From the IMG/VR virus record IMGVR_UViG_3300045999_008055: 64,000 nucleotides of DNA. The stretch is one strand, 5' to 3'. Positions 36,621 through 46,480 of the stretch are shown in pieces. Both the position numbers and the translations under genes were made by a program. This DNA comes from a virus. Each line of letters opens with the position of its first letter. Position 1 is the stretch's first letter. The notes under the pieces were generated by a model. That model worked only from the letters and a program-made list of their open reading frames with translations, was not told the DNA's origin and searched no databases.

Positions 36621-36890
36621 TCAATTAATATATGGTAAATTTATATTTTGTCAATCTCTATGATCTGTTCCAGGATAACGACTTATCAATGATGCTTTGA
36701 AGCTTTCACATTCGAATCCTGTGACATCTTTTATTGCTTGACCACCCCTACAATTCAAATTGCCAAAGCCTTTGTCCGCTTGATATTTACTTAAATCAAC
36801 ATAAATAGTATTTGGTAAAACACCATTAATAATACCATTTGGTTGCTTGTAGATTATGTCGTATAATTTATATCTCAAAATAAAAAAATA

Positions 36891-37259
36891 TGGTTTCGGC
36901 GACACCAAAAAACGCTCACAGGATATATGGCTGTAGCAGGGTTCCGCTTTGCAACAACATCCAATCTGTGATCTAATGCGGAAAACTTTCCACTAGGATT
37001 TCAGCGTCCTAACACGCATCGAGCCCCGAAAGGATTAGACTCGCCATAGTGATTCGGTTAGTTCAACCATTTTCTCTTGAGGGACAATCCACGGCTCGCC
37101 AATTACGAGGCGATGTTATTCCTTGGTTTGGGTTGGATAACCCTTTAATTAAGCCCCCATTGATATCAAAGAACATACAGGGAACGAAAGACCATCAAGA
37201 GATCAACCTCAACATATCTTTCATTACATCCTCTCGCACCCGAGAGTTTGCCCTGTATC
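36891..37259 (-). ncRNA. Candidate ~370-nt structured ncRNA (possibly two RNAs)
   Basis: Own promoter TTGACA 37293; multiple helices; boxA-like GTTCTTTGATAT; U-rich end; no credible ORF. Confidence 0.6.
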
Positions 37260-37475
37260 TATATATATTATTATTTTTTTAGAGACTTGTCAACTATCTT
37301 TTTAGTTTCTATAATAGTATTTTCTACTCCCTCGCACACGCCCTCCAAAAGATTACCGAAAAAACAGAAAATATTATTGCAATCGCCATAGTTTAAGTTC
37401 TCCTCGAATTGTTTTTTGCTCATACAACCTATTATACATCAAATACAATATTTTGTAGAACAAATATTTTTTATT

Positions 37476-37547
37476 CTGCCTAAATAGGACTCGAACCTAT
37501 AACCATACCGTTAACAGCGGTACGCTCTACCATTGAGCTATTAGGCA
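37476..37547 (-). tRNA. tRNA-Asn(GTT)
   Basis: TACCG-CT GTT AA-CGGTA. Confidence 0.92.
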
Positions 37548-37647
37548 AAAACGGCGAGGGTTTACGATACCCCCAAACGATTCGCTTATTACGGAAGCGA
37601 CCACCGATGACCTCACCATCACCTCACACAACAAATCTTTGTCTACT

Positions 37648-37998
37648 TTAGACCAATTCTAGTTCGATGTCAAGTTTCTTGGTTTTGCCCATCCAACTTT
37701 CGGGCATAATATGTTTGAACCAGTCTTGCATCGAAGGAATACGACCCAAATCTTCAATAACGTGCTGTTCGCCAATCCAGCGAGTAGGAATCTTTTTGCC
37801 GTTGGATAATGTGATCGTGTGACCAAATATCCTCTCACACATAAAGATGCCCTCGGCGTGATGACGCAACGCACGATGTCTAAAGTCTGCCATCATCATC
37901 TTTGATTCATCGAACCAATCGTGAATCTTCTGATAATCTTCGGGCGTTCCTCCCCATTTCTTTGCTGAAGATACAGAATGATGGTAAGGATTAGCCAT
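37648..37998 (-). CDS. DUF6915-like protein
   Basis: PYHHSVSSAKKWGG..IHDWFDESK..RHRALRHHAEGIF..GEQHVIED. Confidence 0.75.
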   Translation of the reverse strand: MANPYHHSVSSAKKWGGTPEDYQKIHDWFDESKMMMADFRHRALRHHAEGIFMCERIFGHTITLSNGKKIPTRWIGEQHVIEDLGRIPSMQDWFKHIMPESWMGKTKKLDIELELV

Positions 37999-38498
37999 TA
38001 GAATGTTTCCTCGGTAGTATTCACGCTTTCGATACGCTCATTAAACTCAAGACTAATCTTGCGATTAAGAACATCAAAGCTGAATGTGCCGTAGGAACCT
38101 TCGTTGATCTCCCAACCCATATGCTTTGAACCTAACTTATCATAGCATATCTCGTGAACAAGCTCTTCAACACAACCTTGGCGAGGAGGCATTTCTTCCA
38201 TCTTCTTCTTCTTATCGTTCCACTGGTATCCAGCTTCTAGTCGTGAATTAGGAACTTCGCCAACTGGAGTAGTCATATCTTTGCCCCTATGGTCAAGATA
38301 CTCTACATTATTGATCTGTCCACTATCGCCACAACCATCAAATGTTGCATTGATAGTAGATATTCTTGATTCTTGCAAGAAATCAAATAATGCTTTTGCA
38401 TTACGCTTGACTGCTTCGCCTTTAGTTAAACGCTCTTCTGCGATCTTTTGATAGATGTCGTCCATCTTTGGTAATTTAATTTTTTTGGATTTGCTCAT
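37998..38498 (-). CDS. DUF6878-like protein
   Basis: FDGCGDSGQI..GWEINEGSYG; start re-called to MSKSKK by promoter at 38532. Confidence 0.7.
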   Translation of the reverse strand: MSKSKKIKLPKMDDIYQKIAEERLTKGEAVKRNAKALFDFLQESRISTINATFDGCGDSGQINNVEYLDHRGKDMTTPVGEVPNSRLEAGYQWNDKKKKMEEMPPRQGCVEELVHEICYDKLGSKHMGWEINEGSYGTFSFDVLNRKISLEFNERIESVNTTEETF

Positions 38499-38918
38499 AA
38501 GAAGAGCATACCACAAACTAAAACCTAGTCAAGACCTACGGCGACTTTTCTTTTTCTTCTTAAAGATATTAAAGATATCACACTTATAATCAAACAACTT
38601 ACCGCATACCCAATAAGTGCTATACATCGATATCCAAAGTACCAAAGCTAATCCTAAGACTCTTATTTCAGAGCTTTCAATTAATTTTTCAGTTATAATA
38701 GATATCATATATTTAAACCCTTGGTGTTAATCCTTTCACACGAATCTTATCTAGAACAATTTCCAATTGATCAACCACATCTTCGTAACTAAAGTTGTCT
38801 CTGGCTCTAAGAGTAAAAATCTTGTCTACAATACAATCTTGAATTAATCTCCAATCTTCTAACGATAGGTTATTTTGGTTCATAAGATTAGTTTATTTTA
38901 CTTATTTAGTTTAGTCAA

Positions 38919-39164
38919 TTAAATATTATTTAGATCTGAAGCTTCTCTTTGTTTTCTTATAGTTTTTCTAAGTTCTATAAATGATAATGCTTCTTGAATT
39001 TCTTTCTTCTTATTTTCATTAGACTCATTAGCTTCTGCGGTTTTTAATATTTGTTCTATAGAATTTAATTTTTCTAAAAAATTGATTCTTGGATCTTCGA
39101 GGTGTCTATTTGAATAAGGCTCAGAGATAGTTGATTCGTTATTGCTTTGATTTATGTTTTCCAT
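38919..39164 (-). CDS. Hypothetical protein
   Basis: ORF; GTGTAA upstream. Confidence 0.6.
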   Translation of the reverse strand: MENINQSNNESTISEPYSNRHLEDPRINFLEKLNSIEQILKTAEANESNENKKKEIQEALSFIELRKTIRKQREASDLNNI

Positions 39165-39436
39165 AATATATTATTACACTTTCTTAAATAGTTGAATTTA
39201 TTATAAGATCCTACTCTATTAATCTTATTTACAGACAAATACTTCTTATTTCGCTTCTTAAAAGTCTTATATCTTTTCTTTATTTTTTGTTTCTTATTTA
39301 GCCAATAGTGAATAGGCTTTGTATCAATATAATAATATTTAGACCTAATATAACCAATAATAGGAATAGCCGCCGAGACTATCAAAGTAAACAAAAACAA
39401 ATAAGCATATAGTTGGTTCATATTATTTTGCTCCAA
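39152..39436 (-). CDS. Hypothetical membrane protein
   Basis: TM segment plus basic tail. Confidence 0.55.
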   Translation of the reverse strand: MEQNNMNQLYAYLFLFTLIVSAAIPIIGYIRSKYYYIDTKPIHYWLNKKQKIKKRYKTFKKRNKKYLSVNKINRVGSYNKFNYLRKCNNILWKT

Positions 39437-39935
39437 AGTATTCTTTTAGTTTATTTGGATTATTTAATTTGTCAAATGGAATTGTCCATCTCTGACCATA
39501 TCCAAAATCCTTGGGTTCTGCTTTATTTAAGAATTCCTCTTTAGTAATCCAGCCTCGGATAATAGTTTCTGTGATAGATATAACCGAAGCAAAAACCGCT
39601 AAGTCTGCTTTAAATAAACTTTTATCATTAAATAGCAAATGCTTATTTTGTTCTTTGATGCTAGTTTTTACTTGAATTGTTTTATTATCTTTTACTAAGT
39701 CTTTTATTTTATCATCGCCACTAAGTGAAATGTTTTTATCTAATTTGATATTAAGAAATCTAGCAACAGCCGCTTCGCCCATTACTCCATTAATATGAGT
39801 TAAAAAATCAGTTTGATTCTTATCATATCTTTGGCTTTTTACGCCATATACTTGTTTAATAATATTTCGTCTTTCAGCAATACCTAATATGCTTAAAAGA
39901 TCAAAATAATCAAAATTAACTTTTATATCAGACAT
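39423..39935 (-). CDS. PD-(D/E)XK-like nuclease-fold protein
   Basis: GVMGEAAVARFL..D..IQVKT..IRGW. Confidence 0.55.
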   Translation of the reverse strand: MSDIKVNFDYFDLLSILGIAERRNIIKQVYGVKSQRYDKNQTDFLTHINGVMGEAAVARFLNIKLDKNISLSGDDKIKDLVKDNKTIQVKTSIKEQNKHLLFNDKSLFKADLAVFASVISITETIIRGWITKEEFLNKAEPKDFGYGQRWTIPFDKLNNPNKLKEYFGAK

Positions 39936-40164
39936 ATTCTTCTAGTTTATTTAGTATATCCATAATAATGTTTTTATTTTCGTCTGTCAAGTTGGAACTA
40001 TATTTATTTAAAAGATATTGAATACTATTATTTTTAAAGGTTTTCATAATATTTAGGTTCATAGGATAGCCCATATTTAAACTATTCCATTCAGTATCTA
40101 AACAATAATAAAGATAAGCTAATTCATTTTCTGTCATAGCTTTTATTTGGTTGGTTGTTATCAT
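39928..40164 (-). CDS. Hypothetical protein
   Basis: ORF in a tightly packed run. Confidence 0.6.
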   Translation of the reverse strand: MITTNQIKAMTENELAYLYYCLDTEWNSLNMGYPMNLNIMKTFKNNSIQYLLNKYSSNLTDENKNIIMDILNKLEEYV

Positions 40165-40297
40165 TATTTAAAGAGGTGGTTTTCGCAATCTGGAAGGGGT
40201 CTAAAAGATTACAGGTTCACCACTAACCTTGGGTTTCACGGCTTATTCTATTATAATCTAAATATCTTATTATGCAAACAAAATGTCGCAAATAGGG

Positions 40298-40723
40298 TTA
40301 AATATCTTCAATTTCTTCTAAATTTTTAATAGCTTTGCGGGTTATCTTCCAGCCTAGAATCTTACATATATATTTAATATCTGGCACTTCGCCTGTATTA
40401 TTTTCAATATTATGAACACTATTCTTATTTATCATAACAAGAGTTATATTTTTAGTTAGATCATATTCTCTTTCACATATATTTACCGCAAGAAAATTAC
40501 TATTATATTTTAATAGGATATATTCCTTTTTAGATTCTGCTACTACATATCTTTCTTTTCTTTTAGTTAGTTCGTTTTCGCCGTGATATAGAGTTAAGCT
40601 ATTTATAGTTATATTATCTTTATATTTGTAGTAGAAATACTCATCTACAACAACCCAATCATCTATTTTTAGTTTATTTTTGTTGATTTTATAGGTATCA
40701 TATATCTTATCCATATCATCCAT
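40298..40723 (-). CDS. Hypothetical protein
   Basis: 141 aa ORF. Confidence 0.6.
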   Translation of the reverse strand: MDDMDKIYDTYKINKNKLKIDDWVVVDEYFYYKYKDNITINSLTLYHGENELTKRKERYVVAESKKEYILLKYNSNFLAVNICEREYDLTKNITLVMINKNSVHNIENNTGEVPDIKYICKILGWKITRKAIKNLEEIEDI

Positions 40724-40805
40724 AACACTATTATAGTAGATAAGAGAAAAAAAGAAAATATATTATTAATTTTTCTCTTGACTTATTTGTATAAAGAAAA
40801 TATAG

Positions 40806-41030
40806 TCAAACCCCTTTAACACCCTTATATTTAACTAATTTATTACCTTTCTTTATCTCTCCCCAACTATTTAACAGAGTATATTTAAATTTATAATAAG
40901 CTAAAGATAATCCAATAGGAATTACCATTAATAAGAACAATAATACTCCAATTAACAATAGAAAAGGCTTAAATTCCCTCTTACCTAATGCCATTTCTAT
41001 ACCTAACAAAGATCGTATTTGATTTTTCAT
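40806..41030 (-). CDS. Hypothetical membrane protein
   Basis: One TM segment. Confidence 0.55.
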   Translation of the reverse strand: MKNQIRSLLGIEMALGKREFKPFLLLIGVLLFLLMVIPIGLSLAYYKFKYTLLNSWGEIKKGNKLVKYKGVKGV

Positions 41031-41052
41031 ACCCCTTTTTAATATATCCTTT

Positions 41053-41214
41053 CTATTTATCTCCTCTACGCTTAATATACCTCTTTATCTTATTTAAAAC
41101 AACAAGAATATATGCAGATAGCCCCAAAATACCCACTATTAGTGCAGTAAGGGCGATGGATACCACTAACAGGATAATTGTTCCTTCTATGCTAGAACCA
41201 AAGTAAATATACAT
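41053..41214 (-). CDS. Small membrane protein (53 aa)
   Basis: Manually translated; long hydrophobic stretch. Confidence 0.5.
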   Translation of the reverse strand: MYIYFGSSIEGTIILLVVSIALTALIVGILGLSAYILVVLNKIKRYIKRRGDK

Positions 41215-41520
41215 ATTAGTCCTTAAACTCTATAAGAAAAGATATAATAAACATAACCGCAAAGGCTTCTATTATAAATTGAATAGTATTCATTTATTTA
41301 GGTAGTTAAAAGCTAATACCGAAGAAAGACCAAGAGCCAAACTAATAATGGTAGTTAGTTCATTCATATCTTCTTTAGAATATCCTTAATATCCTTTTTT
41401 GAAAAGCCAAATTTAAGAATATTACCCAAGACCGCAAAGAGATAATGCTTTTCTGATTTACTCAATTTATTGGTTTTCTTTTTAAATTTAGCCATTTTTA
41501 GCCTCGCCCAAGCCTAATAT

Positions 41521-41745
41521 CTAATCCTGTTCGCCTTCGTGCAAGGTTTCAGCTTCTTCTGCTACCTCACGCCTATAATCTTCAATTTCTGTGATAGTAT
41601 CATCTGCTGGCATATATTCAAATAGCAAATCTACTAGATCGCTAACAGAGCTATGATAGTATAAGCTATAAATATACTCTTGCTCATCTTCGTTAAGAGT
41701 TTGCATATATTCTTTTAGATTTTTGAATTTTTTAGTTTTGGTCAT
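41521..41745 (-). CDS. Acidic hypothetical protein
   Basis: GAGGAG RBS upstream. Confidence 0.7.
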   Translation of the reverse strand: MTKTKKFKNLKEYMQTLNEDEQEYIYSLYYHSSVSDLVDLLFEYMPADDTITEIEDYRREVAEEAETLHEGEQD

Positions 41746-41911
41746 TGGTTTATCTCCTCGTTATAGGGTATAGTATCTAGCAATTTTATTACTTGGTCAA
41801 TCTCTTTTGCAAAACTTTCTGATGGGTGATGATGGTAATAGTCTTTTAATGCTCTAAAAACTATATTAAATTGTTCTTCGTTAAGAGTTAAAGTTTTTGT
41901 TTTCAACTATG

Positions 41912-42163
41912 CTAATAGATATTTTCTACAAAATGTATAGCTTCTTCTCTAATATACCAATCCCAATTCTCTCCTACGACAACACAATAATGTTCAGAGT
42001 TTGGAACACCCGCAATCTTACCATAGAATTGAGTGTCTTGAAGCTGAAACATAACTTCCTTGCCGATATTTCTTTCCATTATCTCAATCTTTGCCTCATC
42101 ATTGGTATGAGTATCAGCGGTTTGAGGGTATTTCGCATCATAGTCTAAAGGGTTTGCGTTCAT
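41912..42163 (-). CDS. Hypothetical protein
   Basis: ATGA-coupled to the MazG-like gene. Confidence 0.7.
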   Translation of the reverse strand: MNANPLDYDAKYPQTADTHTNDEAKIEIMERNIGKEVMFQLQDTQFYGKIAGVPNSEHYCVVVGENWDWYIREEAIHFVENIY

Positions 42164-42495
42164 CGGTTATCTCCACTTCCTTTTATTTTATCTCTTTTTA
42201 ATCGGTCTGCAAGTTTATTTATATTAGAAATCGCAACATCTTCAAGATTAACACCAAGTTCATCTGCCATAGTTGCACAATACCATAGAACATCTCCAAG
42301 TTCAGCATAGAGGTCTGCTTTATGGATTTCCTCTAACTTCCCTCCGTTATCTCTCATTATTTTCTTGACTTTGTTAGCAACTTCGCCAGCTTCACCAGCA
42401 AGTCCTAGTGCTGTATAATAAAGTCCTTGATTTGGAAATACTCTTGGGTAGAAAGCAGTTCTACTAGCATTAGTCTGATAGTTATTGAAGGTCAT
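42160..42495 (-). CDS. MazG-like nucleotide pyrophosphohydrolase
   Basis: LGLAGEAGEVANKVKK..ELGDVLWY..NINKL..R..GSGDNR. Confidence 0.9.
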   Translation of the reverse strand: MTFNNYQTNASRTAFYPRVFPNQGLYYTALGLAGEAGEVANKVKKIMRDNGGKLEEIHKADLYAELGDVLWYCATMADELGVNLEDVAISNINKLADRLKRDKIKGSGDNR

Positions 42496-42728
42496 TTCTT
42501 CTTCTTTTTCTTGTTCTTTTCAGCGATTTCTTCTGCAAGTTCTAATCCTTTAATTAGTGCATAATTAAATCCAATATTAATAAACTGGTCATCGGTAATA
42601 ACTTGCTTTCCGAGATCAAGAAAGTAAGCTCTATTATGTTCGCTCATATCCACATCAACATCATAAACATTTTTCTTCTTAAACTTACCGATTTTAAGAT
42701 AGTTAGAGTCTTTAATTTTTGTTTTCAT
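42492..42728 (-). CDS. Hypothetical protein
   Basis: Coupled ORF. Confidence 0.65.
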   Translation of the reverse strand: MKTKIKDSNYLKIGKFKKKNVYDVDVDMSEHNRAYFLDLGKQVITDDQFINIGFNYALIKGLELAEEIAEKNKKKKKK

Positions 42729-42906
42729 AGTTTTCCTCCTCTGTAAATGCTTCTACTCTATCTAAATGAAAACCGCATCCACGAAGAAAGTCTGTAAATC
42801 TCTCACAAATATCTTCAAGAACAAAGTCATTAGTTTCAAGAGTATTATTGATCTCTTTACCATTTGCATCTTTAAATGTATGCGAAAATGTAAATTTTTG
42901 GTTCAC
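42712..42906 (-). CDS. Hypothetical protein
   Basis: FTDFLRGCGF motif common in phage proteins. Confidence 0.7.
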   Translation of the reverse strand: MNQKFTFSHTFKDANGKEINNTLETNDFVLEDICERFTDFLRGCGFHLDRVEAFTEEENYENKN

Positions 42907-43088
42907 ACTTTTATCTTCCTCTGTTTTCCATCTTTTGTCAATAGTAATTTGCTACGCATCTTTTCAAATTTTTTAATTATGATAGGATTGTCTACATTTC
43001 TTAATGCCATATCAATAGCATAAATCAATGATATTTTATCATCAGAACCTAACTGATGAAGTTCTGGGGTAATTCGCCAATTACTCAT
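42903..43088 (-). CDS. Hypothetical protein
   Basis: Coupled ORF. Confidence 0.6.
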   Translation of the reverse strand: MSNWRITPELHQLGSDDKISLIYAIDMALRNVDNPIIIKKFEKMRSKLLLTKDGKQRKIKV

Positions 43089-43273
43089 TCAGAATTACCT
43101 TTAGTCTTAAAAGAAAAGATTTTGCTAGTCCAATCAAAGTTTTTGGCTGGATAACCTTTGATATTTAATTTTGGAAGTGGCTTTTGCATCAAAGCGAGAG
43201 TTTGATCGAGTTTATCCTCGATACGCTTTAGTGCTTCATTTATTTCAATTAATTCTTGTTTTGATAGTGCCAT
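43085..43273 (-). CDS. Hypothetical protein
   Basis: Coupled ORF. Confidence 0.6.
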   Translation of the reverse strand: MALSKQELIEINEALKRIEDKLDQTLALMQKPLPKLNIKGYPAKNFDWTSKIFSFKTKGNSE

Positions 43274-43274
43274 A

Positions 43275-43511
43275 TTAAAATTCCTTTCTAAAAACTTTTA
43301 CATTAGCATTAGGGTCGTCTTGACCATTATCCATCATATTATATTTACTATTATAAAAACTTTGGTTATCTTCTTCCATACCAACAGGAAACCAACCTTC
43401 TTTTTCTTGGACTTTATCTACGCTCGCACATCCAATAAAAAAGAATGTAAGAAGAATCCAAGCAATTACCACCATAACAAAAGCAACTGCTCTACGAAGA
43501 TTAAACATCAT
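43275..43511 (-). CDS. Lipoprotein-like hypothetical protein
   Basis: Hydrophobic N-terminus ending FIGC. Confidence 0.55.
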   Translation of the reverse strand: MMFNLRRAVAFVMVVIAWILLTFFFIGCASVDKVQEKEGWFPVGMEEDNQSFYNSKYNMMDNGQDDPNANVKVFRKEF

Positions 43512-43690
43512 CTCTTAATCCAATCGTTTGACGAATTACTTTGTTCTCTTTTGCTTCGATAATTTCTGCAACACTTAACCTTGCTTCTTGACAAGGAGAA
43601 AAATTACAAAACCAAGCTATGAAGAATATATCTATTGGCGACCACATATTTTTATTTTATATTAGTTTTATACTTGTTGCAAGTCTTTTG

Positions 43691-43733
43691 AAAAAATAAA
43701 TAGGGCATCGGGGATTAGCCCAATGCCCTATTA
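43691..43733 (-). terminator. Intrinsic terminator
   Basis: AATAGGGCAT..ATGCCCTATT hairpin with U-tract. Confidence 0.7.
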
Positions 43734-43737
43734 TTAA

Positions 43738-43899
43738 TTACTTGGTCGAGACAGAAACTACTTGACCACCAGTTTTGTTAGCGAAACGCTTACTGGCGAT
43801 CTTTGCACCACGAAGGGTAGGGTAGCTCTTTGGAGCCACAACTACTTGTCCGTTGGTAGCTTTTACTGACCAAGTGTATTGGTTTTGAGTTGTATTCAT
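43738..43899 (-). CDS. Small YegP/DUF1508-like protein (53 aa)
   Basis: YTWSVKATNGQVV..SYPTLRGAK; own promoter (43934) and terminator. Confidence 0.55.
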   Translation of the reverse strand: MNTTQNQYTWSVKATNGQVVVAPKSYPTLRGAKIASKRFANKTGGQVVSVSTK

Positions 43900-44216
43900 A
43901 TTGTTATATTAATATATATTTGAGATAATGTCAATATATATTATTGATTTTTCTTAAATTTTTCCATATCGCCTTGGTCATCAGCATCTTCTCTGTTGAA
44001 GATAGGCTTTTTGGATTTAAATTTAATTTTTTTAGTATTTCCCCAAGGATTCATACCGCTATTTTTAATAGTAGATGCAATCTTGCGGACTTCTTTTAGT
44101 TCTTCTTTTGATAGTGCCATAGTTAGTATATACTAACTGAATTTAAAATTTAGATCAAGTTATTTTTACAATTACAAGCAGAACAGCCACAACCTAATTT
44201 AATACCCAACAACCAC

Positions 44217-44426
44217 TTAAACGCTTTTTTTAGCCTTTTTAGCACTTTTCTTTTTGGCTTTCTTTTTCTTTGGTTTAACTTCAATTTCTTCTACTTCTTC
44301 TATGTTATCCCATTGAGCATCAATCTCTTTTAATTCTTTTGATAGTTTAATCTTATCTTGGATTGCCCAAACTGCATCTTCAATTTTCCACTTAACTGAA
44401 TCAAAAATATTTAATAGCCAGTTCAT
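44217..44426 (-). CDS. Hypothetical protein with Lys-rich tail
   Basis: ORF. Confidence 0.65.
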   Translation of the reverse strand: MNWLLNIFDSVKWKIEDAVWAIQDKIKLSKELKEIDAQWDNIEEVEEIEVKPKKKKAKKKSAKKAKKSV

Positions 44427-44510
44427 ACGAACCTAACTCCAAAAATACTACCGAGGATAAAACAAGCGGAAATAATTAAAAGTTCCATATATTCTTACTT
44501 TTTATTACAC

Positions 44511-44714
44511 CTAATTTTTAACCTTTTCCTTGGATTTTTTATTATACTCTAGAACATCATCTAGATATTTGTTAATCATATTTTTAATAGTGCGTTCTTT
44601 TTCGTGATCTTTATGAAAATAAGTTTTATCTAATTTTAATAGCTCATCTCGCCAATGATTTAAACTAGCGATATGCTCTGAAAGGAATTGGATTTTAATT
44701 TTCTTTGGTGGCAT
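44511..44714 (-). CDS. Hypothetical protein
   Basis: ORF. Confidence 0.6.
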   Translation of the reverse strand: MPPKKIKIQFLSEHIASLNHWRDELLKLDKTYFHKDHEKERTIKNMINKYLDDVLEYNKKSKEKVKN

Positions 44715-45078
44715 TTTTTACCTCTCTTTTCCATATCTTAACAATATTTTCTGTATCTGCAACATCATAATATTTATTACTTCTTAAAAGATAAAATGTT
44801 TTTTCTGAGGATTCTATCTTATCAGATATTTTCCTAAATCCTTTCTTTAATTCTTCTTTATCTCTGTAATAATAACTCTGCATATAAGGATTTTTGCTTT
44901 TATCGGTCATTATACTTTGAGTTAAAAGATAGCCATTATGTTCATCTTTTTGACATAAAAGAACATTTTTATATTTTTCTTTAGAGTAAATATCAGAAAA
45001 TTCTTTTGATAAATTTAAATGAAAAACACAATTATGATAATATACGCCAAAGAAACTGACGCTATCATCAATAATCAT
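44695..45078 (-). CDS. Hypothetical protein
   Basis: ORF. Confidence 0.65.
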   Translation of the reverse strand: MIIDDSVSFFGVYYHNCVFHLNLSKEFSDIYSKEKYKNVLLCQKDEHNGYLLTQSIMTDKSKNPYMQSYYYRDKEELKKGFRKISDKIESSEKTFYLLRSNKYYDVADTENIVKIWKREVKNATKEN

Positions 45079-45081
45079 ATA

Positions 45082-45561
45082 CTATATTCTATCAAAAACT
45101 TTTACTTTTACAATCTTTGGATGAGTATTTGCGAACCTTATAGCATCTTTTTTATTCAAAAAGAAAATATCAATAACAGGATATTTACCACCACTAGCCT
45201 TCTTATTAATAACTGCTGTTCCAGTATCGTGAGCATATCTAAATCCAAGATTAGGTATATAAACTCTACTAAAATAAGGTATAACTTTTGGGTCTACGGC
45301 AACTGAAATATTAGGTTTAAGTCTAACACCAGTAGAGCTTTGGCGTTTTGCACTCCAACTATCAGTATCGCCACCTTTTGCCCAATAAGCTGTTAATCGA
45401 ACCTTAATCTCTTTTTTAGGAATATTAGCCTTTACAAAGCGTTCAGTCTTAACGCATCTTTGAATTACTTGATCGCCAGAAAAAGATGGAGCCTTAATTT
45501 CGTTGCGGAATAATCCCAACGAAACAACGCTAATCAGTATTAATCTGCATAGTATTTGCAT
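45082..45561 (-). CDS. 3D-domain protein (peptidoglycan lytic transglycosylase-like)
   Basis: LTAY..VAVDPKVIP..AHDTG..IDIF; N-terminal signal/anchor. Confidence 0.85.
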   Translation of the reverse strand: MQILCRLILISVVSLGLFRNEIKAPSFSGDQVIQRCVKTERFVKANIPKKEIKVRLTAYWAKGGDTDSWSAKRQSSTGVRLKPNISVAVDPKVIPYFSRVYIPNLGFRYAHDTGTAVINKKASGGKYPVIDIFFLNKKDAIRFANTHPKIVKVKVFDRI

Positions 45562-45730
45562 AACTTGTCCTCCTAGAATTAAATTTAATTTAAATTGGGA
45601 AAAATGTCAAGCCAGATTAACTTCTTCTGGCGACTACGAAACTCCTATTATAATTATTAGACTTCATAACAAAATAGATTACACCCATAACTCGGTATTT
45701 CTACCAAATTAAGGGTGAATCGTATGATAC

Positions 45731-45907
45731 TTATTTCGTGACGAGGACTGAATTACGGAGCTTGCTGGTCAATCTACGCTTATCGAATGATCTCCAATGA
45801 CGAGCGTGTTGATTAACCTTGTCAAGAACCTTTGTCTCGCTGATGGTAAATGTGCCATCAGTATTATCAGTCATCTTAACGAAGTATGTTTTGGGTCTAA
45901 TTGCCAT
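45731..45907 (-). CDS. Hypothetical basic protein (58 aa)
   Basis: Manually translated MAIRPKTYFVKM... Confidence 0.55.
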   Translation of the reverse strand: MAIRPKTYFVKMTDNTDGTFTISETKVLDKVNQHARHWRSFDKRRLTSKLRNSVLVTK

Positions 45908-45929
45908 AATTATTAATATTAATTGATAT

Positions 45930-46343
45930 TTAACTATTTGTCAAATTTAATTTATCGAATTTGCCTTGAACATTACTAAAATATACATTCTTGAAATTTA
46001 ATTGCTTAATCATATCACAGCATCCATTACAAGGAGCAGAAAAATCTAGCATATTATTTCTATTAATCCTTGTATTTACGAGAGTTAATTTAGAGCAATC
46101 TTCTTCGCCAAGTCTAATAACTGCACTTAATTCACTATGAGTTCCAACAATATTTGAAATCTTTTCGTTATTTTTATTAACATAATTGTATTTAAGATTA
46201 AGAGGATGAGTTTTCGGGGAGTTTAATCCAATACTTATAATACGATTTCTGTCCAGAATAAAACTAAAATGTCTACAACGAAGATCAGCGTTATGCTTAT
46301 TGATTAGAGCATAACTAACCTCAATAATTTTGTTAAAGTTCAC
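45930..46343 (-). CDS. Cytidine/dCMP deaminase-fold protein
   Basis: HSE..PCNGC zinc motif. Confidence 0.8.
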   Translation of the reverse strand: MNFNKIIEVSYALINKHNADLRCRHFSFILDRNRIISIGLNSPKTHPLNLKYNYVNKNNEKISNIVGTHSELSAVIRLGEEDCSKLTLVNTRINRNNMLDFSAPCNGCCDMIKQLNFKNVYFSNVQGKFDKLNLTNS

Positions 46344-46480
46344 GATCTAAATTTAATTTAAATTTAAAATTTACGCAAGTCTAAATAAAATAAATAACAA
46401 ATTCCAGCTATAATTGTATTAATTATAATACCTAAAGTCACACCTATAACAATATCTACCATTCATATATACTATATGAA

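Noticed and set aside
36891-37160. tmRNA or RNase P RNA
   Set aside because: Starts GGGGGCU and ends ACCA, but has no T arm or acceptor pairing and no RNase P GAGGAAAGUCC/CGGCUUA cores.
37049-37282. Plus-strand 77-aa ORF
   Set aside because: Antisense to the promoter-driven structured RNA candidate; no promoter or RBS seen.
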